NCBI GenBank assembly: GCA_963693365.1
Contig: CAVNZM010000016.1
Span: 584,595 to 648,594 of the forward strand
Source: Amoebidium appalachense
Taxonomy: Eukaryota; Protista; Ichthyosporea
Length of the DNA stretch: 64,000 nucleotides
Direction of reading: 5' to 3'
Part shown: piece by piece, positions 27,059-52,512 of the stretch
Layout: each line of letters starts with the position of its first letter
How positions within the stretch are numbered: position 1 is the stretch's first letter
Program-made: the position numbers and the translations under genes
The notes under the pieces: model-generated
What the model saw: the letters and a program-made list of their open reading frames with translations, nothing else
Told to the model about the DNA's origin: nothing
Database searches by the model: none

Positions 27059-30000
27059 CGTGGGTACTGTGTGTTGGCGATAAAAAGGGAAAGGGGTAGA
27101 TTTATAGGTGAGTGAACTTGTTCTCGAGAATGAAAAAGGAGAGAGTGTGGAGAAGGATAAAGGAGTGATTGAGGGGTGAGTGGTGCATTCCAGAAACTTT
27201 CTTAGAAAACAATGCCGCATCTGAATCCTGCCATTGATTTCGAGAAGTTTTGTGTTGGTTGGAGTGCACGTCCAACTTGACATATCTGTGTGTGCACGTG
27301 AATACGCTTATGTGCGCACCCTTCTGTGCATGTGTGTACGTGTGTGCATGCACGTGCATTTGTGTACGTGTGTGCATGCACGTGCACGTGTGTACGTGTG
27401 TGCATGCACGTGCATTTGTGTACGTGTGTGCATGCACGTGCATGTGTGTACGTGTGGGCATGCACGTGCATTTGTGTACGTGTGTGCATGCACGTGCATG
27501 TGTGTACGTGTGTGTGCACGTGCCAACCTCCTGGTCCACGTGCAGGGCCTTGCCCACATCCGTCAGTGTGCTCTGGTCGATGATGGTGTTGTTGGGAATC
27601 ACACAGCAGCCGGACACATTGTGCCTGCGCCAATCAAATGCAAACGTTAGTTTTTATTCAAATACCAACCAAGCACCTTCTTCCTATCGATTGGTTTGGG
27701 CGAATGCGTGTTTCAGAGTTTGTTTTACGTGATCTTTGGTTTGTTGTGTTGTTCCAGGCTTTATGTACCAGCAAAAATGTGGTAGGTGGTGGTGTTGAGG
27801 GCTGGGGAGGGGCTGAGGCGGGGGGGGAGGGGGGGGGGGGGGGGGGGGGGGGGCAGGTGGGGGGGGGAGAGCGAGAAGGAGACCTGGAGAAAGGGAACAA
27901 CGTGGAAGTGTATGGCAGTGGCAGGGAGGGAGGAAGGGAGGGGAGGGAGGGGGCAGGCAGGTTGTGGGAGGGAGGGGGGGGGGAGAGGGGGAGAGAGTAA
28001 GAGGGAGAGACTCGGATAAAGTGAGCAAAGGATAGTAGGGAATGTGAAGGATACTCTAGAGTGATGGCGGTAGTCAGGAACACTTGTGGTGATCTATTGA
28101 ACGGACGGGAATTGAGGGAAGGGGGAGAGGGGGAGAGAGAGAGAGAGAAATGGTGGGATGGGGAGAGGGGGAGGGGGATATGGGTGTGACGAGGGAATGA
28201 GGGGGGAGGGGGGGGGGGGGGGAGACGGGGAAAGATGGGTATATGAGTGGGAAGAGGCGAAAAAGGGACTAGAAAGGGGAAGGGCAGGAAGAGGGGGGAG
28301 GGGGGGGGGAATGACATACTTTGCAGCGAGCTCACAGAACGAATCAGCCGGCTGAACCTTGTACGGAAGACAAGTCCCGTTAATTTTGGCAAAATCCGGT
28401 ACTGTTGTATTTCCACAATACAGTACGGGGTTAAGATATTCCCGAGGTAGGCCGAGACACTGTCTTGCCTGTTGGTAGAATTCAACCCGTTGCGCTTGTT
28501 TGTCGAATGAGCCACATTCCAGATAGCCGTTAATGCGGTCGGTGGTGAGGTTGAAGTATCCACTAGGAGTCGGGTGTTAATATTATTAGTTCTTAATGGT
28601 GGGTGGTTAAAAAAAATAAGGGGTAGAGAGAATAAGATGATGGCCGTTCATGCGGTAGGTGGTGAGGTTGAAGTAGCCACTAGGATGTAGGTGTTAATAT
28701 TATTAGTTTTTAACGGTGAGTAGTCTAAAATTTAAGGGGTAGAGGGAATGAGATGATAGCCGTTAAATGCGGTTGGTGGTGAGGTTGAAGTAGCCACTAG
28801 AATGGGGGTGTTAGTTTTTAATGGTGGGTGGTTAAAAAGATTAATATTAGGCAGTGGGGGAGATTATGATGGTGAGGTTAAGTAGCCACTAGGATGTGGG
28901 TGTTAATGGTGGGTGGTTAAAAAACTTAAGGGGCAGAGAGAATTAGATGATAGCCATTAAATGCGGTCGTGGGCGTGATAGTTTTTAATAGTGGGTAGTT
29001 TAAAGTCTAAAATTTGAGAGTGGGGGAGAATAGGATGGTACGGTAAAGTAGCCACTAGGATGGGGGCATTAGTTTTTAATGTGGGTGGTTAAAAAAGTTG
29101 AGAGTTAGGGAGATGAAAGAGGTGGTAAGGTTAAAGTATTCATAAGCATGGGAGTCTTAGGCCTTAACATGGGGAGAGAGGGGGGTTAAGAAAATGTTTT
29201 TGGGAGATTAGCATGGTGTGGTTAAATTAGCCACTAGAATGTGTTTGTTAGTTTTATACCGAGCAACTAAAATTTCAGACGTGGAGGGATTTAAATGGTG
29301 CGGTTAGAACGGCAACTGCTTGACAATTGGTTTTCAAATTTGGATTTTTATGGATGGTGTGGTCGGGGACATGGGTGCAGTAGACACTGAGAATAATTCG
29401 TTGGTTTTGCCCAATCACAATATTTGTTTTCATAATACCAAGATGTAAGTCTGAGACTCCACTCACCCCCCCCCCCCCCCCCCACCAACCCCCTTCCCCA
29501 CCCAGTTACCCTCCCCCCTCCAACCCATCCTCTCCATCCCCATCTCCCCCATTCCCCCCCAACACGAACACACATCCCAATCCCCCGTTAAAAAAAAAAA
29601 AGGGAGGGGGGAGGGGGGGGGGGGGGGGGGGAGGAAGACACACACACCTTCTAGCCAAGGCACCCAGAGTCTCCACGCTCTTATCCAAAAACCCCTGCCT
29701 GGGTGTAGTCCAAAAGAGCATGGCCGTAGCATGGGCCACATTCAGATCATCACTCACCAGGTCGGGGTTATTTACTAGGTCTAGCCCCAGCCTCTTGCCT
29801 GCTACGTCATAGTTGCAGTGCCACGTCAGCTGAAGGGGCCCACGGCCAAAATACATCCTGTGTGAAAGAGCGGGGGGCGCGGGGGGAGGGGGGGGGGGGG
29901 GGGGGGGGAGGGTCGGTGCAGGTGGAAGAGGCGGGGGGGGGGGGGGGGGGGGGGGGGGGAGAGGGGGTGGGGGGAGGGGGAGGGGAAGGGGGGGGGGGGG

Positions 30001-30181
30001 GGGGGGGGGGAGTAAGCAGAGGGAAGAGGGGATGGGGAGTTTAGAATGTTGGCAGCTCAAGTGCATATCATGCATTGGAGCACCCACAAGGAGTGTGTAA
30101 TATAAGTAGAGCAACGCATCAGGGTGGCTCCAGGTCATCCTGGGTTATGGGTGGGGCCGGGGGGGAAAGGGAGGAAGGGAG

Positions 30182-30212
<31 letters not shown>

Positions 30213-31270
30213 AGTTGCAAAGCACACCAAGCACAAGGGATTAGGCAAGGGGTGTTTCAAGCGCACACGAAGAAAAGAGAAACAGACAAATCAAAACCTT
30301 CTTAGCGTGGTTTTGGTCATAAACCGGACACTGTTTCACTGGAGGAGGGAGTAACGAGGGGAGGAGGGGGATGGAATGGACATCCCACACATCAAAACAC
30401 GTATCATACTTCATCCTCCTGTTTCCAACAGGATTTCTGTTTTCCCTTAGGCAGGAGAGGCGGGGGGGGGGGGGGGGGGGGGGGGAGGAGGGCGCGGCAT
30501 GGGGACGGGGGGGAAGGCGGCGGCCGGGGGGGGGGGGGGGAGGGGGAGGGGGGGGGGGGGGGGGTAATTAAAGTTCTGACTTACTTTCCGGAGGGCATGG
30601 GGAGCTCACACCACGGCTGGTTATTTGGGTAGCTGGTGTAGCCGTTGAAGGGGCAGGACACGGCACTGTCTGCACAGTACTCCTTCATGCGCGTCAGGTG
30701 CGCTGACTCGTGCGCAATGTGCCCCATAAACGCCGCAATTTCAAGCCTGTCGGTGATTCCTGTGTGTGAAATTTCGAGTTTCAGTGCTAGAACCCCCCTT
30801 CCTCTCTCCCTCCCTCCCCCCCCCCCCCCACCTCCCCCCCCCCCCCCCCCCCTTCAAGAAGTGTTACTGGATGGTAACTCAGGGTTTGTGTGTGTGCATA
30901 TATAGGAAACAGACACCCTTCCATAGCGAAGAAAAAACATGTTCGTGTCCACACGTCCCTTTAGGCCATTTCTCACTGAATTTCCCCCAAACTGAAAATG
31001 TTAGAACCCCCCTTCCCCCCCCCCCCCCCCCCCCAAAAAAAAAAAAAAAGAAACACCATAATCGCATTCCGCAATATTTCAAAACCACATGTTTAACCCC
31101 ATACCGAACTTTTCCAGATTTTTCTGGAATGCCGCCCAGTGCTGCTGCAGCTGGTAGTCGGTCTGATGGCCCCCAAACATACACTTAAAGTCATCCACGT
31201 TGATCTGTGGCTTGGCACTTAAAGCAACACCCACGCACGCTGCAAGCGCAAGGGCTATTTTTGGCGCCAT
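25224..31270 (-). CDS. Signal peptide + GH19 chitinase + LysM-like + CBM2-like + C-terminal TM protein (about 542 aa, 8 exons)
   Basis: Exons 31105-31270, 30585-30759, 29648-29857, 28320-28562, 27528-27624, 26745-26969, 26216-26350, 25224-25601, all phase-consistent. GH19 motifs IAAFMGHIAHES, YFGRGPLQLTWHCNY, LVNNPDLV, AMLFW, TDRINGYLEC. The accessory domains are recognised by eye and are less certain. Confidence 0.88.
28535..29260 (-). repeat. Degenerate tandem repeat of GH19 exon-4 acceptor region
   Basis: ggtggtgaggttgaagtagccactagga recurs at about 28658, 28774, 28870, 29040 and 29225, roughly every 100-120 bp. Confidence 0.85.
30040..30345 (-). mobile_element. Highly decayed copy of the structured repeat family in a GH19 intron
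   Basis: ttagaatg start, taagtagagc...tcagggtggctccaggtcatcc, and gacactgtttcactgga match family blocks. A further fragment (gtcatccacagtgtccgagtttcg) lies at about 26119-26143. Confidence 0.5.
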
Positions 31271-32159
31271 TCTGGAAATGGGTTAAACAATAGTGGAGTT
31301 GGTAAGAGGTGGGATGCAGGTGTTTTTTACTTTTTCGTGGTTTGGAATGTTCGGGGAAATTTACCAAGGTGTGGGTTTTTGATGGCGCAAGGGGGAGGGG
31401 GGAGGGGGGAGGGGGGGGGTTAAGCAAGTCTACATATAAAGTTCAGGCAATGAAGTACAGTAGCAAATGCGATTTTTCTTTGTTTCCATTTTTACCCTTT
31501 TCTTTTTTCCTTTTTTTCTTTTTCTTTTCCTTTTTTCTTTTTCTTTTTCCTGGGGGCGGGGAGGGGGAGGAGGGGAGGAGGAGGCCTGGCAGAAAGGTCT
31601 AACAAGTCTGTAAAGTAGCATTTCTTGTTCTCAATGGCAAGGTTTTATTCAGCTGTGGTTTCTTTTCAGATGTGCGGTGTACAAATGGCATGCGGTAGGG
31701 GTGTATGCATAAAAATATGTGCATGTGTATGTATGCAGCGCATGTGACTAGATACCCACAATTAACACCTGGAATGGGTGCGATTTCTAGAGCAGCTCTA
31801 TATACCTTTCATTGCATCCTTGCACACATGTGTAGCGGGTATTAAACTGTGCTCTTTTATGTATTCAGTCTTCATGTTTCTTGCTGAACTGTCTAATCTA
31901 TTCCCGGTGTGTCCCTTTTATCAAGCGCATTACAAACAAGGAACCCCACACCAAATGTAGACATAGACACACAGTTACCGAACGAGAATCCGCATCATAA
32001 CACATCAGCTGCCACACTCACATGCACACACAAAGTGGTAGCAAGTTCTCACACATGACCGACAGTGTGTTATAACCTGTGCCACGAGCGCGCATATGCA
32101 CACACAAAAAAAACGGACACACCTGCATGCCCGCGCACACGCACACATACACAGACACA

Positions 32160-32218
<59 letters not shown>

Positions 32219-32601
32219 ACACCCACACCCACACACACACATACACACACACACAATCGCACAACACACACACACACACACACAGACACACACACAGTCG
32301 TACACACAGGTGCGCGCGCGCACAGCACATACACATGTGCGCCAGTGTGCGCATGGACACACACACACGCAAATGCACATAAAAAGCCACACCTCCCACA
32401 CTCATATAAGGCTTCCAAATCTTGCAGTACAAAAGTATGAGTGGAGGTGCTACGGTATGTGTTAACTGACGTGTACGGCTTGGCACTCAACCGGACAGAT
32501 CATAATGCTGTTTTGTGCAGCCTGAGTACAAATGAAAGCCTAGACACAGAGCGTACATGTATGCGCTGCAGACACGCACACGCGTGCGCACACACACACA
32601 T

Positions 32602-32667
<66 letters not shown>

Positions 32668-33346
32668 ACAGACACGCACGCACACACACACACACACACA
32701 CACTGTAGAAAAACAAATCGTCACCACACACAAACAAGTAGGCGCATATCCGTGCCTCTCTTACCTGGAATATGACCGCCCAATGACGCCCTGCCGTGCG
32801 GGTTTCGAACCTAACAAACGGCAACACTTTCCTTTCAGCTTTTCTCACTGAACTATTGCACATACATATGCTGAACGGTTATGCGACCCGCACAGCGCAA
32901 TTTGCGCAATCAACCTACACCCACCTAGCTGCTAATGGGTCTAACTTTTTCTATTTTTTTTTTTTTAAAAAAAAAAAGGTATTGATGCACTGTCCGTCAC
33001 AAGTGCGCGTCATACCACCACCATATGCGTGACCTGTAACCGTGTCTGTGCACAGACTGAATCATGCAATAAGTGATGACCATTGGTGTGGGGTGCTTTC
33101 ACGCGGCATAATTATAACACACAGAGCTTATGGTGGGGGGCTTAGGAGGTATCATAATGGCGATCCCATAAATTGTCAACAAGACTTGGCTCCGCACATA
33201 TTATGGCCACACGGCTGGGGGACCGTCAAGAAATTTCTTGGCGGATATATGCTCGCGCACACTTGCCAATGCACATGTACTTGCTGTCTCTGTTGTGCAA
33301 GTGTTTATTTTTCGTAAACCTCCTGGTAGGCCCTGCATGGCAAAAG

Positions 33347-33387
<41 letters not shown>

Positions 33388-34441
33388 GGGGAGGGGGGGG
33401 GAGGGGGGAGCCTCGGAGGAGAGGGCGCGGCACGTGCACGCGTGAGACAATGAAATTGCGTCGCAAAAGCTGTGGTTGTGGCAGCGGTGCGTTTTGGAAG
33501 ATCCGGTGGTTTTCTTTACCTCTGTCCAATGAATTTCAAGACTGATCAGGGACTGGCTCTCAATCAGGTGCCCGTTTCACCTATCCAATAGGAGTAGGGG
33601 CCAAATGAATTGACCTTTATATGGTTATTTAGAGGTCGCATTTCAGCGAATCGGAATTTTGCGAGGATGTTCTTGATTTCGATTGGGCAAGAGAGTATCC
33701 ACAGCAATTGCTCATCCAGAGGAGGGTCGAAGATCTGGTGGAAGCCCGCGGCTCCGCGGGGACGTCACTTTGCCCTCAAAACTCTCTAATATAGTGTCTG
33801 ATGATATTCAATGTATTTTTGTGCTGTACCTTCAGAAAATGCTACGGTATAGCGTGATGTGACATGGTGACGCACTGTTCGTATTCTAGGACTTTTTGGG
33901 GGAGTAAGCTGGTTGCCATGGTGGTGGTTTTGGTTTTTTTCTTCTTTTTTTCTTTTTTTTTTTTTTGAAGGAAAGGGGGGGGGGGGGGGGGGAGGGGGGG
34001 GGGGGGGGGTTTGGGAACTCCGGATCTCCTCCCTCCCTCCCTCCCTCCTCCCCCCTCCACCCCCACGTGGCACACACATATGTATGCTGGCACGTTGTAC
34101 GCAAAAACACACAGGTACAACACACATACGTACACATGCACACGCATACCGGCTACGTGCACATGGAAACACACACAGGAGAACACACGCACTTGCACAC
34201 GCACGCGCGCACACCACGCACGCACACACACGCCTGTACATACGTTTAAACACAGGTGCACGGGACTCGTACCAGAGGCAGACTTGTGCACATACGTGTA
34301 TTCTACGTATGGTACGTGCAGGCATGTCGCAACCCGTGCGGGCTTGTGTCACGCCTCCACGCAGACATGCACATGTGATCACAGCACACGTACTTTGAAC
34401 AGCCGCTCGAGGCTGGCACTCAGGTACATACGTACGCTTAG

Positions 34442-34476
<35 letters not shown>

Positions 34477-34824
34477 CTCTCCCCCCCTTTAATTTCAGGG
34501 GGCTGGAGCGGCCCCCGGAGGAAGGGCAGCACGTGTGTGAGTGTATATGCATGTGCGTGTTGGGGAGATGGGGGGGGGGGGGGGGGGGGGGGGGAGAGAG
34601 AGAGAGAGAGAGAGAAGGGGGAAGGGGGGAGGGAGGGAGGGAGGGGAGGGAGGAAGCATGTTCAATTGAAATAACCAGGCACCATTACCATTGAAAAGGA
34701 AAAAACGAGGTGGTTACTTATTTTATGATTTATCTGCATGCATCCACGCCTTTTCGTTTTTCCAACTTGGATGTCTTTGCTCTCCCTCCCCCCCCCTTTT
34801 CCCCTCCCCCGCCCCCTCACCCCG

Positions 34825-34857
<33 letters not shown>

Positions 34858-35247
34858 CCCCCAGGCTTCCCCTTTATTAATAAGAAAAACGGACTGAAGG
34901 AAATCTAAACATGTACACTCCGTCACGGTGCAGCTAAATACATAACCGGTTCGGGAAGTGTCAAAAAGGAAAAAGGGGCAAGAGGAAAGGTGGGGAGGGG
35001 GCCGGGGGGAGGAGAGGGGGAAGGGGGGAGCAAGGGGAGGGGGGAAAGGAGGGAGGGGAGGGGGGGGGGGGGGGGGGGGGAAGGTGGAGTAAGGCTGACA
35101 TTCTCTGACCCTCTTATAAAAAGGAATAGATTTGGGTTGGGTAAACCCCGAACTTTACACGATGCATGATGGGTAGGTCTTACTTGTGATTTTTGCACGG
35201 TACAGGACTATATTTTTGGCTTTTTTTTTTTTTTTTTTTTGTGGGGG

Positions 35248-35295
<48 letters not shown>

Positions 35296-35580
35296 CTTGC
35301 AATAGCCTCCCTGCATGTGTGAAAGCGCACACACACAGTGTCGGATTGGTTGCAGTTTTGTCTCGTGTCCGTGTATGCAAACGGTAACCCCAACTATATT
35401 GTGAGAATCAAGAGAGTGTGAATGTGCATATGTAACTGTACGTGTGTGTGTGGGGTGTGTGTGTATTTGGGTCACGGTACGTGTTCGTCATATGAAGCAC
35501 CTTTAATTAAGTAATCTCCCAAATCGATTGGGGCTAGAAGGGAACACATAACCTCGCCATTTCTCGCTCACACTTGTATT

Positions 35581-35637
<57 letters not shown>

Positions 35638-36180
35638 CGGATAAGATTGAAACCTGATGTAAAAAACACAAAAACAAACACTTTAAGCATACAACTTTGT
35701 CGTTAGAAAACCGTTATTACAAAAAAAAAAAAACCTGACACACCAGAGACAAACACCCATCCTTAAGCCTAATTAATTAATTTGCACTCTACACAAACAC
35801 CCGATCAACCGCACAAAACCTAAACTTGCACCACCAACCACACATCCAATAATATCTTCCCGTTAAAGATTTCTGAAACTCAGTGGTGGCAACGACGTCC
35901 ATAACCATACACCAGACGGTGTCGAATCCTAAACTTTCACCACAAACCCACACATCCAATCACATCCCCCCGTTAAAGTCTACTGGAACTTAGCAGTGGC
36001 CACGACGTGCATAGCCACACACCCAGCGATGTCAAATCTTAGACCTGCACCCAGAGCCAATCAAACCACTCCGTTAAACTCTACTGGAACTTAACGGTGG
36101 CGACGATATGCATAACCACACACCAGCGATGCCAAATCTTAAACCTGCAATTAGAGCCAATCAAACCACTCCGTTAAACT

Positions 36181-48641
<12,461 letters not shown>

Positions 48642-49557
48642 TTTCTCCGAAATGCACGCACACACGCGTGCCTACCCACCACAAACACACAAGAAATGAG
48701 ACGTATTTGAGTGAAACAAGGTCAGTGTCTGTCTGTGTGCGTGTGAGGGTGGGTGTCCGTACAGTTTCAACAAACACAGGGCTTGCTTAATGGACCCGAA
48801 CGCGGCCATAGGCATATGCACAAGCCCCATTCCACAATAATTGGCGGCATAATAGATGGAACTCTGTTGGGCAGAGGGTGGGGGCATCACCTACTGGGGT
48901 GTTTTGTGATGACTGTAATTATGGAGGTATGCTTTGAGGCTTCATATATCAACGGTATGTACATTATGATGAGAGCAGAATCTATACATATATGTATATA
49001 TATATATATGTATGTATACATATATGTTTCATTTTGTTTTATAAAAAAAAAAAGGAGGATGCATTTATTATTACAACACGTTTTACTTATCTCCATGCAA
49101 GCAGCAAGCAGGCTGGGAAATTGTTTGTTTACATTGTTTTTGATTGGCTAGGCCGGCACCAGCCGCGGGAAGATGCAGAGCAGTGTAAATGGGTAAACAA
49201 TTAGATCGAGCCCTCCTATTGGCTAAAGCTTTGGGCTTGTTATTTTTATTGGTTTTCGGCCAACGCTGTTTTTGGACTACAATTTCGTCGAATTATTTCG
49301 AGAGTGCGCCTCTCCGCATGTGTGTGTTAGCGAGTATGACAGGCTTTCTACAAAAATTTAAGGTTTTGATCATTACAATTATTCACGGAAATCCTTCACT
49401 CTACCAGGCCTACACATGGTTCGTACGAGGCATGCATATGCCCATTTACCGGCGGCGTATGCAAAAAATGCCATCCGATTGAAGCCGTCGATTTTTACAT
49501 GTATGTCCTGCTGTTAAAACATACCCCGGGGGGGGTATTCTAAGCCGCACGAGGGGA

Positions 49558-49617
49558 CTGACCTTCAAGGTTGGTTTACACGGTCTATATTTTGGGTAAA
49601 CCAACCTTGAAGGTCAG
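49558..49617. repeat. Perfect 22-bp inverted repeat with 16-nt spacer
   Basis: ctgaccttcaaggttggtttac ... gtaaaccaaccttgaaggtcag. Confidence 0.93.
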
Positions 49618-50174
49618 GGTGTAGTTTATATGGAAAACATTACCATATGCGAAGTTCGCAGCCCAGTTTTCGCTCATGCAGGCCCACAGGGCGGCATCAT
49701 AGATCTATTGGCAAATTTAGATCCACCAATAGGTAGGCGCACCAAAAAAGCGCTCGGAGGGGGGCAAATGGAACTGCTGTGACGACGTTACCTCCTTTTT
49801 GCAACCTGGCGGAAGTCTGTGGCCCAGACTGTGGGGAGAGGTCTTTTTTTTGATTGCCCTGGTAAGTGTGTGTTTGTGTATGTGTTCGTGCGTGTGTGTA
49901 TTTGTGTGCCCCTCTCTGCGCGTGCGTGCATATCACATTCGTGTGGGTGGGTGATGTTCATGTGCACGTCTCAATTAGGTGGGTACTGACTGAGTCATCA
50001 GGAGAGTGAGAGAACGTGTAAAAGCTGGAGGGGGGGTGTGTGTGTCTTTAATATTTTGCGTTGTGCCGGTGAATATTTGTGTTTGTAATATTGCTTGGAT
50101 TAAAAGGGGGGGCGGAGGGGGGGGGGAGGGGAGGGGGGATTATTATGTGTGGGTGTCATTTCGATGTCACAGTG

Positions 50175-50212
<38 letters not shown>

Positions 50213-50289
50213 CGGAGGATGTCGGAGAGGCTGGGGGGGAGGGTGGAGGGAGGGGGGGTTGGAGAGGGGGGGGGGGGGGGGAGGGGGTG

Positions 50290-50347
<58 letters not shown>

Positions 50348-51155
50348 ATGCCAGGTGGTGGCTCGGCATAGGATCTGACCGAACATAGCAGCATGTACGG
50401 CATGCTTGCACGGTGACCGAGAATCTGCCCTCCGGTGACGTCATAGGCATGGCAACATGCAAGTAGTGAATTGACGGGAGTTATTTCGACGTGTTCTGTG
50501 TGCCTAGCAGCTAGTGTTTATGGTTAGAAACTCCGCACGAATGTATCCTGTGCCACGGTGTGTACGTTTTACGACCTGGTACGTAAGCCCTACGGTATTT
50601 GTGCAGCATTTTCATGTTACACAGGCCTAGGTGTTGAATCTGCGAGGGTATGGAGCAAAAAAGAAAAGTGTCACCGACGCCTTTACTTCTTGGAGTTCTC
50701 AAAGTGACTCAAAAAAAGCCCTGAAGCTTACGAATAACATTCTCTCACGTTTGTGACTCAGCTATTATTCACATGTGTGCTTTCAATCTCGTTTTCATTC
50801 AAAACGTCTAAGATAGAGTATTCCGTTTTTGGATTGAATATTGCACTTAAAGAAAGAACGAGCTCGAGATAACGAAGAAGTGAGAACAAGTTAAAAATGC
50901 CTTGTTCTTGGTTACACACTATGTAGCAACTCAATTTCACAGAGAACCTCATACGAAGCTGGGAAATTTCAGATCAGGACAGCACAGAGCCACGAACAGC
51001 GATGTCCTGCCACCAACACAAACAAAGATACACACAAAAAAACATACAAACACGCGCGCACACGCACGCATACATACACCCACACGTATACATACACGTA
51101 CGCACGCACACACACACACGCACACATACACACACACACGCACACATACACGCAG

Positions 51156-51232
<77 letters not shown>

Positions 51233-51722
51233 CACGCACACGCACACACACACATAGACATCCACAATGTAACAAGGCACACACCCAACACAAAGCAAAG
51301 GGAAATACGCAAACAACACACACCAGGGTTGATACCGCCACATGCAGACTCACATACCAACTAGTGGCTCGTAGCCAAAAGCAGAGCGTGACACATACAT
51401 AAAACCAGAACGTCTTACAACAAAAACACACCTCCAACTTTGCATTTTTTTTTTGGGAGGGAAAAACACCCACACCAAACAGTAGGAGAATACACCTGCA
51501 ATTCGTACACACTCACCCCAAACACACTGCACATTTTACCCCTTTAACCCTTAACCCTACACATCACAACACAAAATGGTCTCACTCACACCTCACCTTG
51601 ACTTATACTTTATTCTGCCTGGGTTCTTTTTATGAACACAAATATCAATTGCCTCACGTCTTACACTTTCTAATCCAGACACTATCCACAGGTGAATACA
51701 CACTGCAAAAGAAAAAATAAAA

Positions 51723-51974
51723 ATGGCATTCGGCATTCGTCTGCCTGCGGTTGTCCGCACGGCGTTTTTCTCAACACTTCTCGTTCTCCCTTCCACCCAC
51801 GCCCAATCCGTACCGTGCATGAAACACTCCGACTGTAACACGGAAACGGAGTTTTGCCACCGCCTCACACACACGTGCACCACACGTATGGGGAGGAGTG
51901 CACCGTGTGAAGAGGATTTGGAGTGTGCAAACGAGCCGAGGGTCGGACTGCAGCTGATGTGCAACCAGTGAGTG

Positions 51975-52014
<40 letters not shown>

Positions 52015-52045
52015 TGTCAGTGTGTGTGTGTCTGTGTGTGTGTGT

Positions 52046-52079
<34 letters not shown>

Positions 52080-52466
52080 GACACGGGGGGTGGATGTGTG
52101 TGTGTGTGTTTGGGGGGGGGGGGGGAGGGGGGGGAGGAGATGGGTGTGTGTGCGTATACGTAGGTGTGTGCGTTAGTGTGTGTAGGTGTGTGTGGGTGTC
52201 TACACACAAGCGCGGGTATGTGTGTACAAGTGAGCATGTGTATGCGTAGTTGTGCACATATATAGGGATATGTGCATCGTGTTGGCACATATCACCTAGG
52301 ATGTACATGGCAATAGAACAGTTCGTCTCTGCGACCCAATAATGCGCTGATATGTGAATGTGCATAAATAATGGAGTAGCCTTTGTGTGAAGTGCTTTTG
52401 TGTTTTATGCACGAACCCCCCTCGCCTCCCCCCTCCAACACCCCCCCACCCCCTATCCCCCCCACC

Positions 52467-52512
<46 letters not shown>

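Noticed and set aside
27290-27520. Regular TGCACGTG-rich repeat with open frames
   Set aside because: An intronic purine-pyrimidine minisatellite within a GH19 intron; not coding.
28563-29260. CRISPR-like repeat-spacer appearance of the echo arrays
   Set aside because: Eukaryotic intron, the 'spacers' are homologous to each other, the repeats derive from exon boundaries, and there are no cas genes.
32790-32830. tRNA gene (GGTTCGAAAC B-box-like motif on the minus strand)
   Set aside because: No acceptor, D or anticodon stems could be formed.
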